Origin: Mycolicibacterium smegmatis
GTDB taxonomy: Bacteria > Actinomycetota > Actinomycetes > Mycobacteriales > Mycobacteriaceae
Length of the DNA: 32,000 nt
Reading direction: 5' to 3'
NCBI RefSeq assembly: GCF_001457595.1
Contig: NZ_LN831039.1
Location: forward strand, 6,480,001-6,512,000
Below the pieces are notes generated by a model. It ran no database searches. It was not told the origin of the DNA and was given only the letters and a program-made list of their open reading frames with translations. Of the stretch, positions 1 to 14,790 are shown piece after piece; the stretch's first letter is position 1; every line of letters starts with the position of its first letter. Both the position numbers and the translations under genes were made by a program.

Positions 1-1598
1 TTCTCGAACACCTCGTCGGGCAGCTGGTTGGCCGGCACCGAGAACGCCGCGACGTAACCGGTGCGGATGGCCTTGCTGGCCTCCTGCGCCGAGTACTCGA
101 GGTCCTGCGGGTAGTGGTTGCGGCCGTCGATGATGACGAGGTCCTTGACGCGGCCCGTGATGTAGAGGTCGCCGTCGTAGAACGCGCCGTAGTCACCCGT
201 GCGCACCCAGGTCGCGTCGTCTGCGGCACCCTCGGCGTGCGACGGGTTGGTGCGCGACTTGAGGATGTTCTGGAACGTCGCGATCGACTCCTCGGGCTTG
301 CCCCAGTAGCCGGTGCCCATGTTCTGGCCGCTGATCCAGATCTCGCCGACCTGGCCGTCGGGCAGCTCGGTGGCCGACTCGGCGTCGACGATCACGGCCC
401 ACTCGGCGATCCCGACCTTGCCAGCGGACGCCTGCGCGACGGCCTTGGGCGAATCGGCGTCGACCTCGACGATGCGGCCCGCGTTCAGCTGGTCACGGTC
501 GACCGTGATGATCTTCGGCTCTTCCGAGCTGGGCGTGGTGGACACGAACAGCGTGGCCTCGGCGAGGCCGTAGGACGGCTTGATGGCCTTGGGCGGGAAG
601 CCGAACGGGCCGAACGCCTCGTTGAAGCGGCGCACCGTGGCAGCCGAGATCGGCTCGCTGCCGTTGAGGACGGCCTTGACGTTGGACAGGTCCAGCGGGG
701 GCGATCCCGGCTTCGGCACACCGCGCGCCGCGGCGTGGTCGAACGCGAAGTTCGGCGCCACCGAGATGGTGCCGCCGGTGTCGCTCTCCTTGCGCGCGAG
801 TTCGCGGATCCAGCGCTCGGGGCGCCGGACGAACGCGGCCGGGGTCATGAAGGTGAAGTAGTGGCCGATCATCGGTGCGAGCAGCGCGGTGATGAGACCC
901 ATGTCGTGGAAGAACGGCAGCCACGAGATCCCGCGGTCACCTTCCTCGCCTTCGAGCGCCTCGATGACCTGCACCACGTTGGTCGCCAGGTTGAGATGGG
1001 TGATCTGGACACCGGTCGGGATCCGGGTGGAGCCCGAGGTGTACTGCAGATACGCGATGGTGGTCTCGTCGGGCTCTTCCGGGTTGACCCACGTGGCAGC
1101 GACGTCGTCGGGCACCGCGTCGACCGCGATCACGCGGGGACGCTGGTTGGCCGGACGGGTGCGGAAGAACTTGCGCACACCCTCGGCGGCATCGGTGGTG
1201 GTCAGGATCGCCGATGGATGGCAGTTGTCGAGCACCGCGTGCAGACGGCCCACGTGGCCGGGCTCGGACGGATCGAACAGCGGAACCGCGATGCGGCCCG
1301 CATACAGCGCTCCGAAGAACGCGACCAGGTAATCGAGGTTCTGGGGACACAGGATGGCCACGCGGTCGCCGGGCTGGGTGACCTGCTGCAGACGGGCCGC
1401 GACCGCGCGGTTGCGGGCACTGAACTGCGCCCAGGTCAGGTCGCGGGGCACACCGTCACGTTCCGTGGAGAAGTCGAGGAACCGGTAGGCGAGTTTGTCG
1501 CCGCGCACCTTGGCCCAGCGCTCCACGTGCGCGACGATGCTGCTGCCGTCAGGGAACTTGATTTGTCCGTCCTTGATGAACGGATTGTGGAACGGCAT
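1..1598 (-). CDS. fadD32: Long-chain fatty-acid-AMP ligase FadD32 (C-terminal part lies outside the window)
   Basis: Reverse-strand reading frame runs off the left edge. It starts at ATG (cat at 1596-1598) after an AGGAGA-like SD: [44 protein letters not shown]..., with the adenylation motif [10 protein letters not shown] and ...[13 protein letters not shown]. Gene order next to cutinase and fbp genes matches mycobacterial fadD32. Confidence 0.95.
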   Translation of the reverse strand, partial: MPFHNPFIKDGQIKFPDGSSIVAHVERWAKVRGDKLAYRFLDFSTERDGVPRDLTWAQFSARNRAVAARLQQVTQPGDRVAILCPQNLDYLVAFFGALYAGRIAVPLFDPSEPGHVGRLHAVLDNCHPSAILTTTDAAEGVRKFFRTRPANQRPRVIAVDAVPDDVAATWVNPEEPDETTIAYLQYTSGSTRIPTGVQITHLNLATNVVQVIEALEGEEGDRGISWLPFFHDMGLITALLAPMIGHYFTFMTPAAFVRRPERWIRELARKESDTGGTISVAPNFAFDHAAARGVPKPGSPPLDLSNVKAVLNGSEPISAATVRRFNEAFGPFGFPPKAIKPSYGLAEATLFVSTTPSSEEPKIITVDRDQLNAGRIVEVDADSPKAVAQASAGKVGIAEWAVIVDAESATELPDGQVGEIWISGQNMGTGYWGKPEESIATFQNILKSRTNPSHAEGAADDATWVRTGDYGAFYDGDLYITGRVKDLVIIDGRNHYPQDLEYSAQEASKAIRTGYVAAFSVPANQLPDEVFE

Positions 1599-1806
1599 AT
1601 CACTCTCCTGTGTCAGAGCCGTGCTCATCGCGTTGTCGCACGTCACACGGCGCGTCCCGGCCGCAACGGCCGGTGAACGCACCGAAACCCGGAGAATCGT
1701 ACCGGGCATTGCGATCCGAGCGATCCGAGCTCGTGGATCGGCCGACCGCCACTGCTCGGTCAGCTCCTCTACGTGCGCGAAGCTCTTAGTTTTCTCTTAA
1801 TGTTAA

Positions 1807-1822
1807 GGGACCGGGTGGTCCC
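1807..1822 (-). terminator. Short GC hairpin downstream of the cutinase gene
   Basis: GGGACC-GGGT-GGTCCC, 21 nt past the cutinase stop codon on the minus strand, followed in that direction by an AT-rich stretch. Confidence 0.5.
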
Positions 1823-1842
1823 GTCCAAATCCGGCGCGCGCG

Positions 1843-2856
1843 TCAACCGTGTTTCGGATGAGGCGCATTTTCGACAAGATTGCGGGCCCATTCGAGCGTC
1901 CACTGCGTGGCGGTTTGCCCGTTCTCGACCCAGAACTGCGGTGTGTTGTACAGCGCGTGCACAGGTCCCGCGGCGCTGCCCGACAGCGTCTCGAGGGTCT
2001 TGGGCAGGTTGAAGACGGAGAAGGCCTGTTCAGGAGCCGAGCAGATCAGGTCGCCCGAACCGCAGATCTGGTTGGTGCGGTTGTTCAGCGCGCCGAACCC
2101 GCCGGGGCGCGGCCCCGTCATGGTCAGCCCCAGCGCCGACAGCGCGGGCACCTCGTGCAGCGTGATCTCCGCACCCTGCCCCGCCGGGTTGGGCCCGACG
2201 TCCTGCCCGACGCCCATCTCGCGACGGCCGTCGGCGATCAACGTCACACCGAGCACCAGGTCCTCGTCCACCGGGCCGCGCCCGTTGCCGATGTCGCTGG
2301 CGATGTCACCCGCGATCACCGCGCCCTGCGAGAACCCGGCGATCACATAGCTGGTGAGCGGGCAGCGGTCGTTCATGTCGGTCATGGCCTTGACCGTCGT
2401 CCGCATGCCCTCCGCGCGACTGTCGTTGTAGGACATCTGCTTGTCCGCCGCGAACGGGTTGTGGAACTGCGCGGTGTACGGCGTGGTGTACACCTGCAGA
2501 CGGTCCGGGCCGAACTGCTCGGCCAGCGGCTTGCTGATGTTCGACATCAGCGACAGCGGGAACTGCGTGGGGTTGAACGGGTCGTCGGTCGGCGAGGACT
2601 CCCACGTGCCCGGGATCGAGACCATCATCACGTCCGGGCAGTCGGCCGACTGGAACTCCGGGCGCGGTTTGCGCGTGCCGGGAGGCACCACGACGCCACC
2701 GGGCGGTTCCGCGCTGGGCGGCGGGGTGGCCGGGGTGTCCGGACGGCGCATGATCACGACCACGATCGTCACCACGAGCACCACGACGAGGGCCATCGCC
2801 GCGGCGGCGATCAGGGCCAGGATGCGGTGGCGCTTACGCCGAGCGTTCTTTGCCAT
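1843..2856 (-). CDS. culp6: Cutinase-like phospholipase/thioesterase of the Culp6 (Rv3802c) type
   Basis: 337-aa ORF, N-terminal TM segment, Pro-rich linker, alpha/beta-hydrolase nucleophile motif GFSQG; located immediately upstream of fadD32. Confidence 0.92.
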   Translation of the reverse strand: MAKNARRKRHRILALIAAAAMALVVVLVVTIVVVIMRRPDTPATPPPSAEPPGGVVVPPGTRKPRPEFQSADCPDVMMVSIPGTWESSPTDDPFNPTQFPLSLMSNISKPLAEQFGPDRLQVYTTPYTAQFHNPFAADKQMSYNDSRAEGMRTTVKAMTDMNDRCPLTSYVIAGFSQGAVIAGDIASDIGNGRGPVDEDLVLGVTLIADGRREMGVGQDVGPNPAGQGAEITLHEVPALSALGLTMTGPRPGGFGALNNRTNQICGSGDLICSAPEQAFSVFNLPKTLETLSGSAAGPVHALYNTPQFWVENGQTATQWTLEWARNLVENAPHPKHG

Positions 2857-2874
2857 GTAGTTTTCGTGCTCCTG

Positions 2875-3348
2875 CTAGCAGAGTCGTTCGGTTGCGATGC
2901 GGATGTAGTCGGAGGTCGCCGAGTCGACCTCCCCGGGCGCAACCGTCGCGCCCGAGTGCCTGGCACGCACATCGCTGCGCACCAGCGGCAGTACGAAATC
3001 CCACACCGCCTGGTCATTCTGCTTGGCAGCCCGGGCCTGGCACACATACGACCCGATGGACAGGGCCAGCAGATCACTCGACGGCGTCACGCCCGAGGAA
3101 CGGAGCGCATCGAGATAACCCTGCTGCTGGCCGGTGAGCGTCAACGACCCGGTGCGCCCGGGCGCGGTCATCGCCGACTCGGGCGGCAGATCACCCGACT
3201 GCGCCCTGGTGTCGGTGATTTGCGAAGGCGGCACGGCCAGGGGCGCGATCATGTCCCCACCGGCGTCACATGCGGTCAGCAACGGCGCAGCGGCCATCGC
3301 GAGCGATAGCGCGACGACCTGCGTCCTCGACCGAACCGTGTGCTGCAC
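2875..3348 (-). CDS. Probable secreted lipoprotein, DUF732-like
   Basis: GTG start, signal peptide with lipobox (…AAAPLLTAC), C-terminal YLDALRSSGVTP...GSYVCQ...YIRIATERLC resembling DUF732; 157 aa. Confidence 0.75.
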   Translation of the reverse strand: MQHTVRSRTQVVALSLAMAAAPLLTACDAGGDMIAPLAVPPSQITDTRAQSGDLPPESAMTAPGRTGSLTLTGQQQGYLDALRSSGVTPSSDLLALSIGSYVCQARAAKQNDQAVWDFVLPLVRSDVRARHSGATVAPGEVDSATSDYIRIATERLC

Positions 3349-3414
3349 GCTTCCACCGTACCGGCTGCTGAAAAGTGCTCCAGTCCAGCTGTTTCGCCGT
3401 CTCGACGCGGTGTG

Positions 3415-4317
3415 CTACTTGATGGTGGCGACCAGCTCACCGGACATGTAGGCCAGCTGAGGCGCCCAGCTGCCCCAGTCGTGCTGCCCCGAGGCCGGGA
3501 AGTCGAAGTGACCGTTGCTGCCGCCCACGCGTCGGTAGTCCGAATAGAACTGACGGTTGCTGCCCTGCGCCTGATCGCAGTAGCCGATCATCGCGGCCGG
3601 ATCGCTGCACGTCAGGGTGCCGGGGCTGTAGACCCACAACCGGGTGTTGGAGTCGGCCAGCAACTGCACGTGCACAGCGGGGTCGTGCCACTTCCAGCGA
3701 CCGAACTGTGGGGGACCCCACATGCGGTTGGCGTCGACGTTGCCGAACCGCGCGAGCCCCGCGGTGATCGCGCCGTTGAGCGTGGTCGCCGACGGCGTCA
3801 GGAAACCCGACAGCGACCCGGCGAACCGGAACATGCCCGGGTGGAACGCGGCCAGCGTCACCGCGGCCGTACCGCCCTGCGCGGCACCTACGACGGCGTG
3901 GCCGTCCGGCGCCAGGCCCTTGTTCGCGGCCAGCCAGCCCGGCAGCTCGGCGGTGAGGAACGTCTCCCACTGCTTGCTGCCGTCCTGCTCCCAGTTGGTG
4001 TAGAGGCTCCACGCACCGCCTGCCGGCGCGGCCACCGAGATGCCGCGGCCCGCGAGCGTGCTCATCGCGCTGCCCGCGTTGACCCAGTTGCTGACGTCGG
4101 GGGCGGCGTTGAACGCGTCGAGCAGGAACACCGCGTGCGGCCCGCCTGCCTGGAACGCGACGGGGATGTCACGGCCCATGGCCGCCGACGGCACCATCAG
4201 GTACTCAACGCCGTCGGCCCGCGCCGGCGCACCCGAGGTTGCCGAGACCGTCCACAGGCCCGCGGCGAGCACCACGGTCAGCATCAGCGCCCGAACCAGA
4301 CTCAACCCACGTCTCAT
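3415..4317 (-). CDS. fbpD: MPT51/MPB51-type antigen 85 homologue (FbpD), non-catalytic member
   Basis: 300 aa, signal peptide, [35 protein letters not shown]; Ag85 fold, but the nucleophile elbow reads GAAQGG instead of GLSMxGS. Confidence 0.92.
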   Translation of the reverse strand: MRRGLSLVRALMLTVVLAAGLWTVSATSGAPARADGVEYLMVPSAAMGRDIPVAFQAGGPHAVFLLDAFNAAPDVSNWVNAGSAMSTLAGRGISVAAPAGGAWSLYTNWEQDGSKQWETFLTAELPGWLAANKGLAPDGHAVVGAAQGGTAAVTLAAFHPGMFRFAGSLSGFLTPSATTLNGAITAGLARFGNVDANRMWGPPQFGRWKWHDPAVHVQLLADSNTRLWVYSPGTLTCSDPAAMIGYCDQAQGSNRQFYSDYRRVGGSNGHFDFPASGQHDWGSWAPQLAYMSGELVATIK

Positions 4318-4427
4318 CCTCTAGACCTTCCTGCCGGACCGCCGGAATGTGCCCCCACTCACCGAACTCGCGTTGTAGTGAACCACATCGCCGATGTCGC
4401 CGGTCCCCGAAACCGTCCCGGAAATGC

Positions 4428-4463
4428 CTGACGGCGGCGATCCGAGAGGATCGCCGCCGTCAG
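4428..4463 (-). terminator. Strong hairpin, probable terminator of fbpA
   Basis: Perfect 16-bp inverted repeat CTGACGGCGGCGATCC-GAGA-GGATCGCCGCCGTCAG with a 4-nt loop, 10 nt past the fbpA stop codon (4474-4476). Confidence 0.8.
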
Positions 4464-4473
4464 CTCAACTCGA

Positions 4474-5562
<1,089 letters not shown>

Positions 5563-5617
5563 TCAACCACATATCGGTGTGGTCCTACTTTTCAGCAGTT
5601 GTCTGACTGGTCGCTCC

Positions 5618-6631
<1,014 letters not shown>

Positions 6632-6774
6632 TCACCGTCCGTTCCTATGTCGGTGGCGCAGGGGCCGTCGCGAGAACCGCGGCTCACACCGCGGGTGTCG
6701 ACCTTCTATCGACCGCGCCAGGCGAAGCGTTACCGTCCCGGATCGAATACCGGGGACGCCCGCGCCTCAGCTAA

Positions 6775-8814
6775 CTACGGTCCCGTTGCCGGCATGCCGG
6801 TGTAGGGCGGGTTCTTCGGTTCGGGTGGCTCCAGCCCGCAGCGCCGCAGTTCGTACAGCGGCACGCGGTCGATGCGGTACTTGGTGAACTCGTAGGAGTG
6901 CACGATGTTCGACAGGAACCGCCGCGGGGTCAGTTCGCCGCGCACCGAGTTCAGCACCGCGTCGGTGGCCGGGCAGGTCAGCGCGACCTGCGCCTGCGCG
7001 ATCCAGTCCTCATCCAGGTACGCCGGGACGAAGGGATGCTCCTTGAGGAACGGGCCCTCGGCCACCGCCCAGTCCGGGAACAGGTTCTTGTCGTGTCCGA
7101 TGCGGCCGTCGGTCAGGCGCTGGGTGTGCTGCGCCAGCGGGTTGGTCAGACCGATCTGGTCGATCACCCGCACGTCGAGTCCGACGTTCATGCCCAGCAT
7201 GCCCATGTTCGTGAAAAACACTGTGTGGGGCGCTTTGTAGGCCTTGCGCTGCTCGGGCGTCATGTCCGGCGGCGGCGGGATCGCGGGCACCACATCCCAC
7301 ACGTCGTAGTTGCCCGACGGCAGCAGCAGCGCACCGTCCGGGGTGTTCTCCAACGCGGTCAGCACCGCGCGCATGCGGGGATAGTCGAGATAGTCCGCGG
7401 CCGTCAGCGGATGCGCGTGCCCGGTGGCCTGCGAGTAGAAGCGACGCTCGTCGACGATGCCGGTGTAGGTCACCCGTGTCGCGTCGGCACCCATGCCCGG
7501 CGAATTCGCCGCCCACACAGACCATCCCACGACCGCGACCCACAGCACGCTCGTCGCGGCCGCCAGCAGGTAGCCCGTCTCACGGGTGAACCGGGTGCCG
7601 TCGGGCAGCACAAGCGGGATCACCGCGACCGGCGCCAGCACGCAGAAGATCGGCGCCAGAAGCACGCGGCCGTGCATGAAGTCGCCGCCCTGGCGCACCC
7701 AGTAGATGCCCTGGATCAAACCGCTGAGAACCATGAAAGCGACCACGGCGGGCGGACTCTGGACGGTCCGGCGCACCCAGCCGTACCCGCGCGGCACCTG
7801 ACGGTGCAGCCACCACGGACGGCTGCGGGTGGCCACCAGCACGAGGCCGAGCAGCACCAGCAGCACCGCGGGCACCCACAGCAGATAGGGCTGGTTGAAG
7901 TTGGCCAGGTACGTCAGGCCCTGCGACCACTTCGATCCGGTCGCGTCCTTGGCGACCGCGGTGCCCGGCACGATCAGCGCGTAGTAGCCCATCCGGAAGA
8001 TCTGGTAGGCCACCGGAAGCAGACCGCCGGCAACGACGATCAGCACGCGCCGCCGCCACCCCCGCGCCGCGATGAGCATCATCACCAGCGCGCCGCCGCC
8101 GATGAGCGCGAGTTCCGGGCGCACCAGCACGGAAAGTCCCGCGACGAACGCCAGCGCCCCCTCGAAGAACCGTCCCGGGACGTTGTCGGGGGCGTCCTGG
8201 GGTGCTCCGCCGTCGGCCGGGTAGGCGCGCAACGCCTGCGACCAGCACACCATCATCCACCACAGCAGGCCCAGATAGGCCAGCACCAAACCGTTTTCGA
8301 GCCCCGAGGTGGCGAAGTCGCGGGCAGGCGGGATCGCGATGTAGACCAGCGCCCCCGCGGGCAGCAGCAGCGCACGCCTGCCCTGCAGGCTGGGCGCGTA
8401 CAGCCGTCCGGCGCCGAACATGACCAGCACCACACCGGCGACGCTGAGCGCGAGCGCGAATGCCAGCACCACGTACTCCAGCCGGACCGAACCGCCGATC
8501 CAGGCGCCGAGGGTCACCAGGTACGTCCACAGCGTCGAGGTGTTGGCCTCGACACGCTCACCGGCGTTGAACACCGGGCCGTTGCCCGCCAACAGGTTCC
8601 GCACGGTCCGCAGCACGATCAGACCGTCGTCGGCGATCCACCGGCGCTGCCACGCGCCCCAGCCGAACAGGCCCGCGACCACGAGCACGCTCAGCCACAG
8701 GCTGATGCGCACCGAGATGTCGTACGGGAAGGACGCCCCTCGTCCCAGCCGTTCACCGATACCACCGCTGAACCGGCGCGCGACCGGCCGTTCAGCTGAA
8801 ATAGATGGCCGCAC
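6775..8814 (-). CDS. aftB: Arabinofuranosyltransferase AftB (terminal beta-(1->2) arabinofuranosyltransferase)
   Basis: Multi-TM protein; WQRRWIADDGLIVLRTVRNLLAGNGPVFNAGERVEANTSTLWTY; immediately downstream of ubiA. The start could instead be GTG at 8712 (VRISLWLSVLVV...). Confidence 0.92.
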   Translation of the reverse strand: MRPSISAERPVARRFSGGIGERLGRGASFPYDISVRISLWLSVLVVAGLFGWGAWQRRWIADDGLIVLRTVRNLLAGNGPVFNAGERVEANTSTLWTYLVTLGAWIGGSVRLEYVVLAFALALSVAGVVLVMFGAGRLYAPSLQGRRALLLPAGALVYIAIPPARDFATSGLENGLVLAYLGLLWWMMVCWSQALRAYPADGGAPQDAPDNVPGRFFEGALAFVAGLSVLVRPELALIGGGALVMMLIAARGWRRRVLIVVAGGLLPVAYQIFRMGYYALIVPGTAVAKDATGSKWSQGLTYLANFNQPYLLWVPAVLLVLLGLVLVATRSRPWWLHRQVPRGYGWVRRTVQSPPAVVAFMVLSGLIQGIYWVRQGGDFMHGRVLLAPIFCVLAPVAVIPLVLPDGTRFTRETGYLLAAATSVLWVAVVGWSVWAANSPGMGADATRVTYTGIVDERRFYSQATGHAHPLTAADYLDYPRMRAVLTALENTPDGALLLPSGNYDVWDVVPAIPPPPDMTPEQRKAYKAPHTVFFTNMGMLGMNVGLDVRVIDQIGLTNPLAQHTQRLTDGRIGHDKNLFPDWAVAEGPFLKEHPFVPAYLDEDWIAQAQVALTCPATDAVLNSVRGELTPRRFLSNIVHSYEFTKYRIDRVPLYELRRCGLEPPEPKNPPYTGMPATGP

Positions 8815-9748
8815 CGATGGTCCCGATCCACGCCAGGAACAGAATCTGCAGCACTCGGTCTTTCAGCGCGATCTCCTCGGGTTCACCGGCGATGCCCCCG
8901 TCGATGTCCACTGCGTAACGGAGGATGGCGATGGTGAAGGGGATCATCGTGACCGCGTACCACGACGCGTCCTGCGCGTCGAGGGTCATCAGGTCGTTGG
9001 CCCGGTCGCGGCTGAACGCCCACAGCCCGTAACAGACCACCATCGCGGTGGCCGAAAGCGTCCACACGAAACGCAGGTAGCTGCTGGTGTAACTCTCCAG
9101 CGACTTGCGGATCTTGGCGCCCGTGCGCTCGGCCAATTGCAATTCGGCGTAGCGCTTTCCGGCCGCCATGAACAGCGAACCGAACGCCATCACGAGCAGG
9201 AACCACTGCGACAGCGGGATGTCGGCGGCGACACCGCCTGCGATCGCGCGGATCAAGAAGCCCGACGACACGATGCAGATGTCGAGCACGGCCTGGTGTT
9301 TGAGGCCGAAGCAGTAAGCCAACTGCACGGCGATGTACACCGCCATCACGATGGCCAGGTTGGCGGTGAGCCACCACGAGATCACCAGCGACGCGACAGC
9401 GAGCAGGCCGGCCAGCGAGTAGGCCATCCACTCGGGCACCACACCGGCCGCGATGGGCCGGAACCGCTTGGTGGGGTGCGCACGGTCGGCCTCGACGTCG
9501 CGCGCGTCGTTGATGAGATAGATCGACGACGCCGCGAGGCAGAACACCACGAACGCAACGGAGACCTTGGCCGCGACGTCGGCGTAGTCGTATTCGATGC
9601 CGCTGCCCACGGCGGCCAGCGGGGCCGCCAGCACCAGCAGGTTCTTGATCCACTGGCGCGGGCGCACGGCCTTGATCAGCCCGGAGACCAGATTCTTCGG
9701 CGGGCCTGCCGTCGGCTGCGCTTCCTCACTCATGTGGGTGGCATCCAT
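8792..9748 (-). CDS. ubiA: Decaprenyl-phosphate phosphoribosyltransferase (UbiA prenyltransferase family)
   Basis: 318 aa multi-TM UbiA-family protein with Asp-rich motif NDARDVEADRAHPTKRFRPIAAG; sits between aftB and the PAP2 gene as in Rv3805c-Rv3807c. An alternative ATG at 9733 (MSEEAQ) is possible. Confidence 0.94.
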   Translation of the reverse strand: MDATHMSEEAQPTAGPPKNLVSGLIKAVRPRQWIKNLLVLAAPLAAVGSGIEYDYADVAAKVSVAFVVFCLAASSIYLINDARDVEADRAHPTKRFRPIAAGVVPEWMAYSLAGLLAVASLVISWWLTANLAIVMAVYIAVQLAYCFGLKHQAVLDICIVSSGFLIRAIAGGVAADIPLSQWFLLVMAFGSLFMAAGKRYAELQLAERTGAKIRKSLESYTSSYLRFVWTLSATAMVVCYGLWAFSRDRANDLMTLDAQDASWYAVTMIPFTIAILRYAVDIDGGIAGEPEEIALKDRVLQILFLAWIGTIGAAIYFS

Positions 9749-9784
9749 GGTTCTTCTGCTCCGTTACGACCCGCTCACCGACGC

Positions 9785-10323
9785 TCATCTGTCTCCTTCG
9801 GCACCGACAGAATTCGAAATCCTACCGGCCGCCTTCCCGACGGCTTTGCCCACGAGCGCTCCGACGACCACGCCCGTGACCACGTCGGTGGGATAGTGCA
9901 CGCCGAGCACCAGACGCGACAGCGCCATCGGCGGCACCAGGAGCGCGGGTGCCGGCACACCCGTGGTCTGCGCCAGCAGCACGGCCGCAGCCGTGGTCGA
10001 GGTGGCATGCGCGGACGGGAAGCTCAGCCGGCTGGGCGTTCCGACGTTGACGGCGATGTCGGGATGGCTGGGCCGCTCGCGGCGCACCACGCGCTTGATC
10101 ACGACGGCGGCCGCGTGCGCCAGAAACGCCCCGGCACCGACGGCGAGCCAGGACCGGCGCTTGGCAGGCTGGGCCAGCGCGCCCGCGGCGGCCAGCGCCA
10201 CCCAGCCCGCGCTGTGTTCACCGAAGTGCGAGAGGGCACGGGCGCCGGTCAGCACACCGGGCCTGCCGGCAAGAGCCGCTTGCACGGCAACCAACACGGC
10301 GTCCTCGCCGCGCGGGGCGTCGC

Positions 10324-10327
<4 letters not shown>
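9785..10327 (-). CDS. PAP2-superfamily membrane phosphatase (Rv3807c-like), candidate phosphatase in decaprenyl-phosphoryl-arabinose synthesis
   Basis: Contains KRVVRRERPSHPDIA...FPSAHATST...LVLGVHYPTDVVTG (PAP2 motifs). Start MSDAPRGEDAV at 10327, an ATGA overlap with the glfT2 stop. Confidence 0.9.
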
Positions 10328-13574
<3,247 letters not shown>

Positions 13575-13726
13575 TCAATCACGTCACTCTAGACACACTA
13601 GTCACACCCGTACCATCGATGACGTTGGCGCTCATGGGCTTCGCACGATCCGTCCGTAGCCGCTGACGAAGTTGTTCGGAGCACTCCGAGCAGTTGATAT
13701 GCAGTCCATGTATTGAGGAGACTTCC

Positions 13727-14644
13727 GTGCCGAACCGCCGTCGACGCAAGCTCTCGACAGCCATGAGCGCAGTCGCCGCAGTGGCCGTCGCAAGTCCAGT
13801 CGCCCTGATTGCCGTAACTCAGCATTCCCCCGCACCTCAACACCGCGAGTTCACCCAGGCCGCGCTGGTCACCGACCTCCCCGGCGAGCTGATGTCCGCG
13901 CTTTCGCAGGGCCTGTCCCAGTTCGGCATCAACCTGCCGCCCATGCCCTCGCTGACCGGTGGCGCCGCGACGCCGTCGCTGGCCTCCCCGACACTGACCT
14001 CCCCCGGTCTGGCCTCCCCTGGTTTGACCTCCCCGGGCTTGACCCCAGGTTTGACGCCGGGCTTGACGACGCCGTCGCTGACCGACCCCGGTCTGACCAA
14101 CCCGGCCCTGACCAATCCGGCGCTGACCAGCCCCGACGGCCTGACCTCGCCGGGTCTCACGACGCCGAGCCTGACCAGCCCGGGCCTGACCACGCCGGAC
14201 GCGTCGCTGGGCACCACGCCGTCGCTCACGGATCCGGGTCTGACCAACCCCGCGCTGACCACGCCGTCGCTCACCACTCCCGGCCTGGCCACGCCCTCGA
14301 CCGGTCTGACCACCCCCGGCCTGGATCCGTCCCTGACGCCGATCTCCAACGCCGCGGGCCTGCCCGCACCCGGTGAGGTGCCGATCTCGGCGCCGGTCGG
14401 CCTGGATCCGAGCCTGGGGACCTATCCGATCCTGGGTGATCCGTCGCTCGCGACCATGCCTGCCGCGAGCACGGGAGGCGGCGGCCTGTTCGGTGATCTG
14501 TCCGCCGCGGCCGATCAGCTGGGCGCGGGCCAGGCGATCGACCTGCTCAAGGGCATGGTGCTCCCGGCCATCACCCAGGCCATCCAGTCCGGTGCGCAGG
14601 CGGCCCCGGCCGCCGCACCGGCACCCGTGCCGCCGCCTGCCTGA
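13727..14644 (+). CDS. erp: Exported repetitive protein Erp (PirG)
   Basis: GTG start after GAGGAG SD; VPNRRRRKLSTAMSAVAAVAVASP, DLPGELMSALSQGLSQFGINLPP, central PGLTSP-type repeats, C-terminal ELGAG/AIDLLKGMVLPAI. Confidence 0.95.
   Translation: MPNRRRRKLSTAMSAVAAVAVASPVALIAVTQHSPAPQHREFTQAALVTDLPGELMSALSQGLSQFGINLPPMPSLTGGAATPSLASPTLTSPGLASPGLTSPGLTPGLTPGLTTPSLTDPGLTNPALTNPALTSPDGLTSPGLTTPSLTSPGLTTPDASLGTTPSLTDPGLTNPALTTPSLTTPGLATPSTGLTTPGLDPSLTPISNAAGLPAPGEVPISAPVGLDPSLGTYPILGDPSLATMPAASTGGGGLFGDLSAAADQLGAGQAIDLLKGMVLPAITQAIQSGAQAAPAAAPAPVPPPA
13973..14340 (+). repeat. Degenerate PxLTxP/PGLTSP coding repeats within erp
   Basis: Repeated 15-nt or 18-nt units encoding PGLTSP, PALTNP, PSLTDP, PGLTTP etc. 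Confidence 0.9.
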
Positions 14645-14672
14645 TCCAGGCGAGTCAACAAGCGTCACCCGA

Positions 14673-14710
14673 AACGGCACCGCAGAAGCCTCGCGCTCTG
14701 CGGTGTCGTT
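14673..14710 (+). terminator. Probable intrinsic hairpin terminator after erp
   Basis: 14-nt arms AACGGCACCGCAGA / TCTGCGGTGTCGTT (13 Watson-Crick pairs plus one G-U) with a 10-nt loop, 28 nt past the erp stop; no U-tract, as is common in mycobacteria. Confidence 0.7.
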
Positions 14711-14790
14711 GCGGTTGCGTCCAGATTCGCGGGCGATCGTGATGCGTGTCGCATCATTAGTAACAACAGACGCATACGTAACATCAGTCC

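Noticed and set aside
114-1676. 520-aa plus-strand ORF opposite fadD32
   Set aside because: Low-complexity Arg/Ala/Gly/Asp composition typical of a GC-rich shadow ORF; the opposite strand encodes clear FadD32.
1849-3309. 486-aa plus-strand ORF
   Set aside because: Antisense to the cutinase and DUF732-like genes, with no recognisable domain and shadow-ORF composition.
6898-8799. 633-aa plus-strand ORF opposite aftB
   Set aside because: His/Arg/Gln-rich shadow translation of the AftB frame; no start context or domain.
13973-14340. Possible CRISPR or minisatellite array
   Set aside because: Repeats are in frame, degenerate and lack unique spacers; they are the erp protein repeats.
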